Source of the DNA: Eledone cirrhosa
Lineage: Eukaryota
Assembly (NCBI GenBank): GCA_964016885.1
Contig: OZ024757.1
Span: forward strand, 39,184,001 to 39,248,000
Length of the DNA stretch: 64,000 nt
Reading direction: 5' to 3'
A model generated the notes under the pieces. It was not told where the DNA came from, ran no database searches, and worked only from the letters and a program-made list of their open reading frames with translations. The translations under genes were made by a program, and so were the position numbers. Positions 25,522-38,479 of this stretch are shown here, in pieces. The first letter of the stretch is position 1. Each line of letters starts with the position of its first letter.

Positions 25522-26340
25522 TCTACACCATGGTATTTCTTTGTCGTGTTCTTCTCATACAAAGAACATTTTATTGATGGGTATTAAAGATAACAACACC
25601 GTTACTACTGTGGTGTTATTACATTCATAAATATACCATGATATGCATTGTCTGTCTTGTCGTTCTCGCTAATCTGTTCTTCTTTCTGTTGTTGTTAGTT
25701 TTGATTGGTCTACACCAGTCATGGGCAACCTGCGGCTTGAAGCTTTCTGAAAGTCTCCTAAGTGAAATATTTTCGATTTTTTTTTACTCAACTTTTCAGT
25801 CGTAATTTATCTTTCTATCATTTTAACGATGGAGGAAAACAACGTGTACGAAAATTCTGAAAAAACAAATCGAAACAACCTGAGTTACCGCCCTTTTTTT
25901 AATGTTGGCACTAATGTAAATTAGCGCTTGCGGCCCGCCTGGTGAAGAGCCATATTTCATTCCTCTCGCTTCTCGAAAAAGTTTGCTTATGCCTGGTCTA
26001 CACCATGATACTTCTTTCTCATATTGTTCTCACAAAAAGAACATTTTATTGTTGGATATTAAAGATAAGAACACTTTACTACCGTGGTGATATTTCATTC
26101 AAAAATATACCATGATGTGTGTTGTACTGTCGTTCTCGGTGTTTTGCTCCTCTTTCTGTTGTTAATTTTGACGGGTCTACATCATCTTAATTCTTTCTTA
26201 AGTTGTTCTCACAAACAGAACTTTTTATTGTTGGATATTAAAGATAAGAACACTTTACTACCGTGGTGATATTTCATTCAATATACTATGGTGTGTATTG
26301 TTTTGTTGCTCTAGCTGTTCTTCTCGTCTTCTTGCTGTTG
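25522..26340. repeat. Three diverged tandem ~180-bp units, interrupted by the hAT MITE
   Basis: Recurring gaac.ttttattg.tgg.tattaaagataa.aacac..tactac.gtggtg near 25563, 26040 and 26219. Confidence 0.8.
25716..25995. mobile_element. hAT-superfamily MITE (280 bp)
   Basis: Imperfect TIRs CAGTCATGGGCAACCT / AGTTTGCTTATGCCTG and an exact 8-bp TSD GTCTACAC (25708-25715, 25996-26003). Confidence 0.88.
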
Positions 26341-26564
26341 TAGATACTTTTGTTTTTATTGTCTTTGCTATTGTAGTTTAGCTTCAGACCTGTCTTGATT
26401 GAAGATCTATGGTTTAAGTTGCTCCAGCGGTTTAAACGCGCCATCATTTAGTCAGTCATATTGAGATCTAGCCTAGTTAAATAAGATTATATTTCTTGTT
26501 TTCTAAACTGGTAGGCTTTAAAGTGAGGCATATTTGGCAATAATCTCTACCATGTCGATGGCAC

Positions 26565-26599
<35 letters not shown>

Positions 26600-26745
26600 T
26601 TCTCATCTCCATTCGATTTAAGTTGAGCAGAACAGCATCATATACTTCATCAATAGATTTCTGAAACATTGAGATAAATATTCCCCATAAATATATTCCA
26701 CGGCCAATATTATAAACATCATATATATATTGCTTGTCTGATAAT

Positions 26746-26792
<47 letters not shown>

Positions 26793-26974
26793 AGTGTGTG
26801 GGTGTGTGTTTCTGTATATATACATATATATGTGTGTCTGTGTGCATAAGTATGTATATTTACACATATATATGTATATATGTATATATATATATATACA
26901 TACATCTGTATGTCTAAATGTATGGAGGTAGGTATGTTTACCAGTGAAAGCCATGTGTGATATGTTTCATTCAT

Positions 26975-27017
<43 letters not shown>

Positions 27018-27729
27018 GTGATTCGGTAAATATAAATATCGATAAAGTATGTTCTATAATAAACTAAGGAACTGGGGGATCGATACGATCGACTTAAAGC
27101 CCTCTTGAAAGTAAAATCAGAAGCGAAAGTGAAAGTCAAAATAAAAGCTTTGCCTCAGCAATGCAGTAATCCGATGACTGGAACCCTGTCAAAGAGAATA
27201 AAAGAATGACTGACGAAATATGTAAACCTTTCGGTGCATATGCGCTGAAAAGAATTTATTTATGCCTCTACGTTTCATAGAACGTACTTTTAGAAGACAT
27301 ATGTGTCATTAAATATATACATTCTACAAGATATCACATCGCATTGGGTATTAGTTCCATAAATTTTCTATACTAAAGCATTTTGTTTTATCTATGAAAC
27401 ATTCTCACGGGAATGTTTCTGATAGATAAAACTATTGAAATATTCCAGTGGCTGTGGCTGCTACACATGAAATCTATTAACATACATAATATGCAATATG
27501 GTTACTTCAACCAAATCTTAATGGTGAATGTGTTGAATGTTTTAAAGAGATTCTCTCTCACTCTTTCTCTTTCTTTCTCTCTCGCACTCTCTCTCTCTCT
27601 CTCTTATCGCAACGGAATTATGGTACGGAAATGATATCACAAATATTGAATCAATGAGTTGGATGTGTCGTGTGTATATATATACCATATTAATCGTTGG
27701 TCATATATATATATATATATATATATATA

Positions 27730-27779
<50 letters not shown>

Positions 27780-27865
27780 CATCTGGGATACGACGAAATG
27801 AGTGCCTACGCAATTGTATGTTTACTCACATGACACATATAACTGATGTATATGTATATATATAT

Positions 27866-27918
<53 letters not shown>

Positions 27919-28639
27919 ATATATATATATATATATAATTAGGCTGCGCTTAACCGACCTGCATTTCTGTGAAATAGGACACTGTAGTTGGTCTGTCACT
28001 AATTTATTTTCGGGGCATCGTAAACTATTTCGAGGAGAGAGAGAGACCACGCTGGAATGAAAAGTAAATTGACCGCGTTCGAATTTGTATGAAGTCATTT
28101 AGCTGTTTATCTATCTGTCCATCATCACTGTTCGTAAATTTTTAATCTCTATTTTTAGTGAAGGTGCGTAGCCTAGAATTTAGGGCGTTTGGTCCGTGTT
28201 CGAAACGTCGGTAGTTCGTTCCTTTTAGCGTGGTTTGACCGATAATAAGACATAATTTCACGTCACTCTAGTACTTTGTGAAGGCGCATGGCTTAGTGGC
28301 TAGAGCATTTGGATGCAATCGAAAGGTTGTGAGTTCAATTCTCGGACCGGGTGATGTGTTGTTTCCTTGAGCAAGACACTTTATTTCACGTTGCTCCAAT
28401 TTACTCAGCTGTAGAAATTACTCTTCCATTGTTCGAACCATATGAATTCTTCTCGTTGGAACCTACGAAGATCCTTCACCTTGTCTGTTTCCGAGCAAGC
28501 CCACGATCTGAAACCTCACACGTTTCCTATTCCAAGTTGCTAAATATTTTAATCTATTTTCCGACGAAAATTTCATACAAATAACAAAGTTGTTGTCTCT
28601 GAAATACTGTAGCTTCTCTCATTATACGGCATCCGTATA

Positions 28640-29185
28640 ATAATTGCTTCTGCTTTTGGCACAAGGCCAGCAATTACCTCGGTGCATTACTGGTACTTTA
28701 TTTTATCGACCCAGTAAGGATGAAAGGCAAATTTAACCTATGTTCACCTAGCCTCTCTCATCTTTCCATATCTGTATAATAATTAATTCTACTTTTGGCA
28801 CAAGGCCAGCAATTATCTCAGTGTATTACTGGTATTTTATTTTATCGATCCCGTGGACGAAAGGCAAAGTTAACCTCGGCGGGATTTGAACTCAGACCAT
28901 AAAGGGCCGTAACTCTTTGCTGCAAAGCATGGCGTCCGACCCTGTACCGATACTGCCAAATAATAATGGTTTATGATTTAGGCACAGGGTCAACAATTTT
29001 AGAGGAGGAGAAAAATCGATTAAATCGACCCACTGCATTACTGGTACTTTGTTTTATCTACCTCATAAAGATGAAAGGCAAAGTTAACCTTGGTAGAATT
29101 TGAACTCAGATAGTAAATGGCTGTAATTCTTTGTCACAAAGCAAGGTGTCCGACGCTCTACTGATACTGCAAATCCACCGCCCTC
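28640..29185 (-). mobile_element. Three tandem SINE type 1 copies
   Basis: Repeated ctggtactttattttatcgacc..aggatgaaaggcaaagttaacct. Confidence 0.82.
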
Positions 29186-29450
29186 CATATCCCTATAATA
29201 ATAGACATACAATAACTTATATCTTCTCCTATTGTCTCTGAACTACTCGAGTCTCTCTCATCTTTCCCTATCCCTATAATAATAGACATACAATAACCTG
29301 CATGTTCTACTATTGTATCTGAAATACTTGAATATATCTCATCTTCCCATATCCCTATAATAATAGACATACAATAACATGTATCTTCTCCTATTGTCTC
29401 TGAAATACCCTAACCTTTCTCATCTTCCCATATCCGTATAATAATAGACA
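29186..29450. repeat. ~81-bp minisatellite, about 3.3 copies
   Basis: cc.tataataatagaca recurs at ~29191, ~29272, ~29353 and ~29433. Confidence 0.85.
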
Positions 29451-30084
29451 GAGTCAATAACCTTATAGCCAGTGCATTCAAAACTGATAAACTGTTCTTA
29501 GACATTTTAAATATTCACTATGCGTTTCAAACTTGGTTTAATAGTTATTTTGCGTGTCGGTGCCAAACACACTAAGATTTTCATATTTCATAAAGACAAC
29601 CTATTACGTTATCCTATAAGATTCCACCACAAACAGTTTGTATTTACTAGAGCACAATCTTATTTTCTGATTAAAATTCCGATTTAACCGTCGTATGATT
29701 GTGAAAGGCATTTAAAAATTGTACTTAACTCAATCGATCTGAAACTTCGATATTGGTTTCGGTTATGTAAGTACTGTAATTTCATATGGCGAATAATGTT
29801 CCATCTTCTATTTCAATAACTAACCTCTCTCTCTTCTTCTCTATCTCTCCCTATCTATCTATATCTCTCTCTCTCTCTTTCTATCTATATCTCTCTCTCT
29901 CTCTTTCTATCTATATATCTCTCTCTCTTTCTATCTATATCTCTCTCTCTTTCTATCTATATATCTCTCTCTCACTCACTCTCTCTCTCCGTCCCTGTAT
30001 TTCTTCCTCCATCTCTATCCCCATCTCTCTGTCTTTCAACATTTCCGTCTCTCTGTCTGTCCGACTCTCTTCCTAATATTCAAG

Positions 30085-30546
30085 TCCACCACCACCACTA
30101 CCATCACCACCACTACCATCACCACCACTACCATCACCACCACTACCATCACCACCACTACCACCACTACCACTACCACCACTACCATCACCACCACCAC
30201 TACCACTACCACCACCACCACCACCACTACCATCACCACCACCATCACCACCATCACCACCACCACTACCATCACCACCACCACTACCATCACCACCACA
30301 ACCACCACCACCACCACTACCATCACCACCACAACCACCACCACTACCACCACCACCACTACCACCACCACCACCACCACCACTACCACTACCACCACCA
30401 CTACCACCACCACTACCACCACCACTACCACCACCACTACCACCACCACTACCACCACCACTACCACCACCACCACTACCACCACCACCACTACCATCAC
30501 CACCACAACCATCACCACCACCACCACCACTACCATCACCACCACC
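30085..30546. repeat. (CAC/TAC/CAT)n trinucleotide array
   Basis: Read directly from the sequence. Confidence 0.95.
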
Positions 30547-30944
30547 CCCTTCTCTCCTATTTTTCTCTCTTTTCAACGAAACTCCATTTGCTTTATTGTT
30601 ATTGTATTTTATTTGTCCATTGATTTCCTTATCTCCGTCTTCCATCTTTTCCCCGGTATCTTTACTTAGTCCCACACAACAGAACCCATATCTCATCTTT
30701 CCCCATCCTTCTTCCACTCCATCATATGCTATCATTTCATCTTCCTCTCTCTCTCTACCTATATATCTCTCACGTTCTATGTATGTTACATCATAACATC
30801 TCTCATCATTTGCCTTCCTCTCCTCTACCTATCACTCTCTCCATATCACTCTCTCCATATTTCTTTCTCTGCCTGACGCTCGCTCTCGCTCTCTCTCTCC
30901 TTCTCTGCCTGACTCTCTCGCACTCTCTCTCCTTTTCTGCCTGA

Positions 30945-30975
<31 letters not shown>

Positions 30976-31913
30976 CTTCTCTCCCTGACTCTCCTTCTCT
31001 CCCTGACTCTCCTTCTCTCCCTGACTCTCTAGCTCTCTCTCCCTCTCTCTCTTACACTATGCCTCTCTCTCTTACACTATCCCTCTCTCTCTTACACTAT
31101 TCCTCTCTCTCTTACACTATTCCTCTCTCTCTTACACTATCCCTCTCTCTCTTACACTATCCCTCTCTCTTACACTATCCCTCTCTCTTATCCTTTCTGT
31201 CTACCTTACTCTCTGTCTACCTTACTCTCTGTCCATCTCTTTCACTCTCTGCCGACTCCTACCTCTCTAAACTCTTCTCACCATCTCTCTCTCTCCGTCT
31301 CCTACATCTCTCCCCACCACTCTCTCTCTCCCCACCACTCTCTCTTAAATTCTATCCATATTACATCAGAGCTATTCCATTCCGTTTTAATCTATTCAAT
31401 CCGTTGCCATCAATTCAACCTCTATTCTGCCAGTTTCATTTCAAATTCAACCAATGAATACACTTAATCCACCCATTTAAGAAAAGGAACTGATATTTCC
31501 TCATTGTCTGTGTTATCTTCTACTTTGCCTTCTTTTTCTTCCTCTTTGCCTTCTTTTTCTTCCTCGTTGCCTTCTTTTTCTTCCTCTTTGCCTTCTTTTT
31601 CTTCCTCTTTGCCTTCTTTTCTACTTCTTTGCCTTCTTTTTCTACTTCTTTGCCTTATTTTTCTACTACTTTGTCTTCTTTTTCTTCCTCTTTGCCTTAT
31701 TTGCCTTTTTCTTCTTTTTCTTCTTCTTTGCCTTCTTTGCCTTCTTTTTCTACTTTGCCTTTTTCTTCTTCTTTACTTTTTCTTTTTCTATGCCTTCTTT
31801 TTCTTTTTCTTTTCTTTTTCTTCTCCTTCTTCTTCGTCATCGCCGTCTTGAATACCTTAATCGTTTTTGTCTTTTTTTATCTTCTTCCTGTTCACTTTGT
31901 ACATCCTCCTCCG

Positions 31914-31944
<31 letters not shown>

Positions 31945-32129
31945 GATGCTGTTGTTCTCCTCCTCAGTGTTGTTGCTGTTATTGTTGTTGTTGTTGTTTT
32001 CCGTTGTCATCATCATCATCATCTTCTTCTTTCTCGTATTCTACAAATGTTATTCAGTTTCCAAGAAATATACATTTCCGCCATATTAAATGTAATTCCA
32101 ACGTTTATGCAATAGATTGCAGTTGGCCA

Positions 32130-33062
32130 TTGGTGGTGGTGGTGGTGGTGGTGATATGCTTGTAATGGTGGAGGTGGTGGTGGAGGTGGTGGTGGTATTG
32201 GCGGTGCTGGAGGTGATATGCTTCTAATGGTGGAGGTGGTGATGGTATTGGTGGTGGAGGTAGTGGTGGTGGACGTGGTGAAGGTATTGGTGGTGGTGAT
32301 GGAGGCATTGGTGGTGGTAGTAGTGGTGGCGGTAGTGGTAGTGCAGGTGGTGGTGGTGTAGGTTGCAGTGTTGGTATTAGTGGAGGTGTTGTTGGTGGTG
32401 GTGAGAATAGAGCAGGTTACAGTATCTGTGGAGGTGGAAGTATTGGAGGTAGTGACAGTAGTGGTGATGGTCGTGCCAGTGATTGTGGTGGAGGTGGTAG
32501 TTGTAGTGGTGATGGTCGTGGTGGAGGTGGTAGTTGTGGTGGTAGTGGTGATGGTCGTGCCAGTGATTGTGGTGGTAGTGGTGATGGTAGAGGTGATAGT
32601 CGTTTCAGTGATTGTGGTGGAGGTGGTAGTGGTGATAGTGGTTCCAGTGATTGTGGTGGAGGTGGTAGTTGTGATGGTGGTTCCAGTGATTGTGGTGGAG
32701 GTGGTAGTTGTGATGGTAGAGGTGATAGTCGTTTCAGTGATTGTGGTGGAGGTGGTAGTGGTGATAGTGGTTCCAGTGATTGTGGTGGAGGTGGTAGTAG
32801 TGATAGTGGTTCCAGTGATTGTGGTGGAGGTGGTAGTTGTGATGGTGGTTCCAGTGATTGTGGTGGAGGTGGTAGTTGTGATGGTAGAGGTGATAGTCGT
32901 TCCAGTGATTGTGGTGGAGGTGGTAGTAGTGATAGTCGTTTCAGTGATTGTGGTGGAGGTGGTAGTAGTGATAGTGGTTCCAGTGATTGTGGTGGAGGTG
33001 GTAGTTGTGGCAGTGTTTATGCTGGAGGTCGTGAGAGTGATGACGAGAGGATGGTGGTGCTG
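32130..33062. repeat. (GTG)n-derived array with a 39-bp higher-order unit
   Basis: Unit gtgattgtggtggaggtggtagtagtgatagtggttcca repeated over ~32480-33005. Confidence 0.9.
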
Positions 33063-33494
33063 GTAGAAAAGCAATGTTCTGTTTACAGATGTTAGTGTGT
33101 AGCCACTTCACTGTCCATTGTGAAATCAAAAGCTTTGGGAATATTTTTAGCCTTTCATATATCAATGTTCATTAAATCAAACACTGCTCAATTAATTAAA
33201 GATCGATAAAATTAACTATATACTCACGCAGATGTGCTTGTGGTCTTCTTTTAGAAGTTTATATTATTAGTATTAATTTTATCAGTTTTTATTATTATTA
33301 TCCGAGTTCAAATCCCGCCGAGATTGACTTTACCTTTCATCCTTACGGGGTCGATAAAATAAAGTACCAGTAATACACTGGGTAATTGCTGACCTTGTGC
33401 CAAAAAGTAGAAACAATTATATGTATATACTCACACACACACACACACCCACGCACACATACATACACACATACATACATACAAACACACACAA

Positions 33495-33565
<71 letters not shown>

Positions 33566-34419
33566 AGGACGATTTATTATGCCTTCATTACGTTTATTGA
33601 TTGGTGACGCGAGTTTCGATATATATATCCACTCCCTGGATATATATATATATATATGGGTCTACATTTACCCACGTGTTTGTGAACTAATGTTAATTCG
33701 AAACCCTTTATATGTCACAAATGTATTTGCATGCTTCGCCGAGCGTGTCTTAGTTTATTGTAGTTGGATGAAAGTATGTACAAATATATTTGTGAACATT
33801 TGTGTTGAAATATTTGTGTGTGTGTTGTATATGTGAAATGTAAAACATATTTGCGTGTGCATTCATATGTGTGTATGGGTGTGTGAGTGAGAGAGAGAGA
33901 GAGAGTGTATCAGATGTCAGAATCCTATGACAATTCTGTTATCTGGAGAAATGGATGCATATAAGGAATTTCGATTTTGCTGTCAATATGGATGCGCTCA
34001 TGAACCTAAATACAGCATCTGGTTCTTAACTTCCTCAAAAACTAACCATCCTCTAGGATATTTATCAAGAAAAACTAACCATCCTCTAGGATATTTATCA
34101 AGAAGTGCTCCGTCTTCCTGCTCAAGTCACATCACGCAAAACGTAGATCTGCGTTGATTAATCAGACGAGTATATCCTGTTTGACATCTTGTCATATTTT
34201 ATATCTCATTAGCAGCTATACCTGGCATTGTCCACGATTAATAATAGCAAAACTATATATGATCTTATCAATTCATTTCAGATATATAACTTTAAAATGA
34301 AGCTAACAATTTGATAGGTTATCCCGTCATGTAGAGTCACTCAGAATAGTAGCTTACAAACCTTGGAGAAGATGGTTCAATTTGAGCTTCGTAAGAATGA
34401 ATCAAAATAGGGTGTGTGC

Positions 34420-34457
<38 letters not shown>

Positions 34458-34844
34458 ATATTCGTAAAATGTGAGTACTCTCAGCGCGAAAGGTAGCCTT
34501 TACCAGCTGTATACTATTTTCATGGTAAAATATTTTGTGTTAAGATATAACCACAAATCGAACGGAGAGCGTGAGAGAGAATGTGAGATGCGGGGGTTAT
34601 AGAGAAAGAGAGATGGAGCGAAAAATACCCTCAAAACGTGAATCTAACAAATTACCATTTGTACTGCCACTCTGTTTTTTGTTCTTGTCTAATATTTAAC
34701 ATATATATATATATATATATATATATAGTTTCGCTCCATCTCTCTAAACCTAAATGTATATATATATATCCAGGAGATTCCAACCAGAATGGTTGCATTT
34801 TTTCAGGGTATGTCAATATTTATTTATAAAACTAACCTATATTA

Positions 34845-34910
34845 TATTTTATCTGATGAAAGCGCACCATAGTTTGCTCTGGTGGCCCTTGAAATATGTA
34901 TAATGAAATA
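34845..34910 (+). ncRNA. Type-I hammerhead ribozyme motif (family E), sense to the host gene
   Basis: TATTTTAT-CTGATGA-AAGCGCACCA tagtttgctc TGGTGGCCCTT-GAAA-TATGTA-TA^ATGAAATA: 8-bp stem I, intact core, AUA site. Confidence 0.78.
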
Positions 34911-35116
34911 AATATTGTTTTATAAATATAGTTTCCATTTGTTAATATATTGTATATATACTCCAAAAATTTGTTGAGTGCTTTATATCAGTTATAAAAT
35001 GATTTTGCTTGTTGTATCCCAACAAATTAAATATAATCTCTACATATATAAACATATATATATATTTATATATTGACAACAGTAGTAAATGGAAAATATC
35101 ACTAAAGCATCATATT

Positions 35117-35174
35117 TATTTCATTATACATATTTCAAGGTTATTAAATTATAGTATGCTTTCATCAGATAAAA
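35117..35174 (-). ncRNA. Hammerhead motif (family E)
   Basis: Minus strand: TTTTAT-CTGATGA-AAG..CTT-GAAA-TATGTA-TA^ATGAAA. The core is intact although the distal part of stem II has diverged. Confidence 0.68.
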
Positions 35175-36230
35175 GACAATATTTGATGTATAAGATAGTG
35201 ACATACCCGAAATATAGACCTCCACGGTAAGCTTACAATGGATATATATATATATATCCCTCTCTCTCCCTCTTTCTCTCTCTCTCTCTCTCTCTCTCTA
35301 GAGTCATATGATCTCTAGAATTAATCCGCTGTGTTTGAACCTAGAAAGGTATATGCTCCACCATATTATTTTTAAATGCACAAATGCTTTGGCAGAATTG
35401 TTAAAGCATCACTCAATAAACACTGTGGCATTTGTTCCGCTCAATTAGGTTCTAAAATCAAAACACGAGGGGTTCATCTTTAATCATCCATCGTTACAAT
35501 TTTATATACTTTCCCTTCTCTCCTAAATTACTGATATTATGCTTAAATAGGAAACCATTTTATTTAACCCACCGATTGCTATACACCCTCATTAGTCATT
35601 CTTGTACATCTACATAATGATAGAAGCCAGCTTTAGATATTTTAATTGTGTTTTCACTTATTAACTCTGTGGATTCAGTTTACATGTTTCTGCTAATTTA
35701 AATATATCTAATTACCTATATTCATTTATTATCTCAGTTTTCTCTGCTAGCTAATTATCTTCTTTTATTGTGATTATGATTGATGTCCATTCGTTAACAA
35801 CACGTATCTCACCGGAGGCAAATTTAGTGTATTCATTGACATTTATTAGAATTTAATCACATGAAAGTTTTACTTGTGCATGTACAATAAGTGTCTAAAT
35901 CACATGATATCTAACTGCAGTAGCTTAAGTGATTAACAACATGGCTGACATTATTTAACAGAATGAAGTCAATAAGACGAAAGTTAATCTTTTCGTAGTC
36001 CACTAGGTCCAAAATGACGGTTTCTTAATTTCTTGGATAGGATGCCAATATAAATACTTCAAACTTTATTCTGAAGGAATCAATGAACTATGACGTACAG
36101 AATTCCCAGAATAAAGCTACACTTGGATATGTAATGTTCAGCCAACACTTGCACATTAATTTCATTTAACAGGCTCTTCTATTGTTTGGGAAATGGCTAA
36201 GAATTGTAAGCTGTTCCCTGAGCCCTTTAC

Positions 36231-36442
36231 CCATTTAGCATTCACATTATCCTATATTTACTATTGTATTTTTTTGTGTGCCAAAGGCTTTATCTCGCAT
36301 AATATTGACTCTATGAGATCTTGATATTATTTATTGTGAGAACAATACATTAAGCTCGGTATGAGCGGCCGGTTACGACAGCTTTGAACTGAAAGGGCTG
36401 AGAGGATTCTGGCCGGATTTGGCCTGTTTAAATTCTAAGGGG
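36231..36442. mobile_element. Second, more diverged copy of the piggyBac-type MITE
   Basis: Collinear with 45632-45849; ends AAATTCTAAGGGG-TTAA. Confidence 0.7.
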
Positions 36443-36748
36443 TTAATGAAATTTTAATTGAAGTGCTTCATACAGAGGGCTAAAGATACTAGGTGATGTT
36501 CTACGCATGGCTATGAAGCTGCCAGTGAAAGCCTTTCTCGGGTACTTGCCAGACTGTACCACTTAATAAGTTCAGCTAGATTCCCGTCGTTCTAATAGTT
36601 CGGAACTAGCTATCAAAACAGCCGGAGCTCAGCCGTCGGGGTCCTGACTTTTTACCTATATATATATATATATATATAATAGGTATAAATCGACATAAGT
36701 TGTAGCCGCTGTAGAGCAGATACAAATCGAGTTGCATACACACACACA

Positions 36749-36785
<37 letters not shown>

Positions 36786-38373
36786 TCAACTAAAAACCTG
36801 ATTGTTTATGGTTATTCATAATACGTGTGGAACTGTGATTTAAATTGAAACACCATAATACGATACCATTATAAAATCTATTGAGGTCTTGTCAACACAA
36901 TACACAGTTGTCAGGTGTCTGGAGATCCTATATACATCACACTTTCTAAGCTGATCGTTACACAATAACAACGCTTATGTCTCGATAGACATAATAGAAC
37001 ATATAGAAATGAGATGAAATATATATATATATATGGGTCTGTGTGTATGAATGTATGTATATATGTATATATATACATATATATATATATAGGCCTGTGT
37101 GTATATGTAAATATATACATATATAGGTATGTGTGTATATGCAAATATATATATATATAGGTCTGTGTGTGTATATATATATATATTCGTTGTACAATTC
37201 GTAGATAAATACAGTAGAAGGTTGGTTATGTTCAATGTTCCATTACACATTTATAAGTTCATTCTACATTATTAAAGAGAAAAAAATAACCTACACATAT
37301 ATTTTTATCTGATAAAATTGTTAAATAGAAATTAAATTGGTGATAAACAAACTGACAAAAATGAGAGAAAAAGATAGTCTAAACTAGTAATCCTCATTTA
37401 GATATTTTATGAATCCATAAATCTATTATTTGCTTGCAATAACAACCACAATAATAACCAAAATTGAAAACGAAAATAATGCGAATATTATAGATGCAAA
37501 ATCATATTTTTGTATGATTTGAAAAATCTCTGCGACAATAAACCATCTGACTGCTTACTTATATGTGGGAAGAGATAGTATCGTTCAAACAGCTAGATAT
37601 TATATTTTAGATTATAAAATATTCATAACTTTGTTAGAGCAGCTGAAATGCTTTCCTTTATGTTTTATCTACATTATTTGTGCTGACAAAAGCTATGTGC
37701 TTTTATTTACGTAAATGAACGAGGTGTTTCTATCTATACATTACTAACATACTTCTCCATCATCACGTTCTCAAGTAATTCTATTAAAATCTATTGTCTG
37801 GTCTTCTTTTGTTTGTTGTAATTCTTTGTAATATTTCAATCTTGAGGTGCCGTATAATAAAATGATGATTAAGCATGCTGTTCAATAATTTTGTTGAAAT
37901 TATGTTTTAAGTTTGCTAGTTTTTGTTTGTTTGTTAAAGTATATTAATTATATATGTATATGAATTTATGTATATGTATGCATCAATGATCACATATCTC
38001 ATATATACACTCATACGATATACAACACAAAGACCTAACAGTTATATATATACATACATACATACACACATATATATATATATATATATATACATACACA
38101 CATATATATATACATACACACACATATATATATATATACATACACACACACATATATATATATATATATACATACACACATATATATACATACATACACA
38201 CACACACACATACATACATACATACATACATACATACATACATACATACATACCTATATATATACACATACATACATACATACATACACACATACATACA
38301 TATATATATACACATACATACATACATACACACATACACACACATATATATATATATATATACATACACACAT

Positions 38374-38434
<61 letters not shown>

Positions 38435-38445
38435 CATACACACAC

Positions 38446-38479
<34 letters not shown>

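Noticed and set aside
30036-30735. Gly/Ser-rich and poly-Val ORFs
   Set aside because: Products of the (CAC)n array.
32019-33074. 351-aa Thr-rich mucin-like ORF on the minus strand
   Set aside because: It is a trinucleotide-derived minisatellite open on both strands, with no signal peptide or non-repetitive domain.
34207-34400. Possible Helitron-like start (attagcagctatacctggcattg)
   Set aside because: Single degenerate copy with no clear 3' hairpin or CTRR end.
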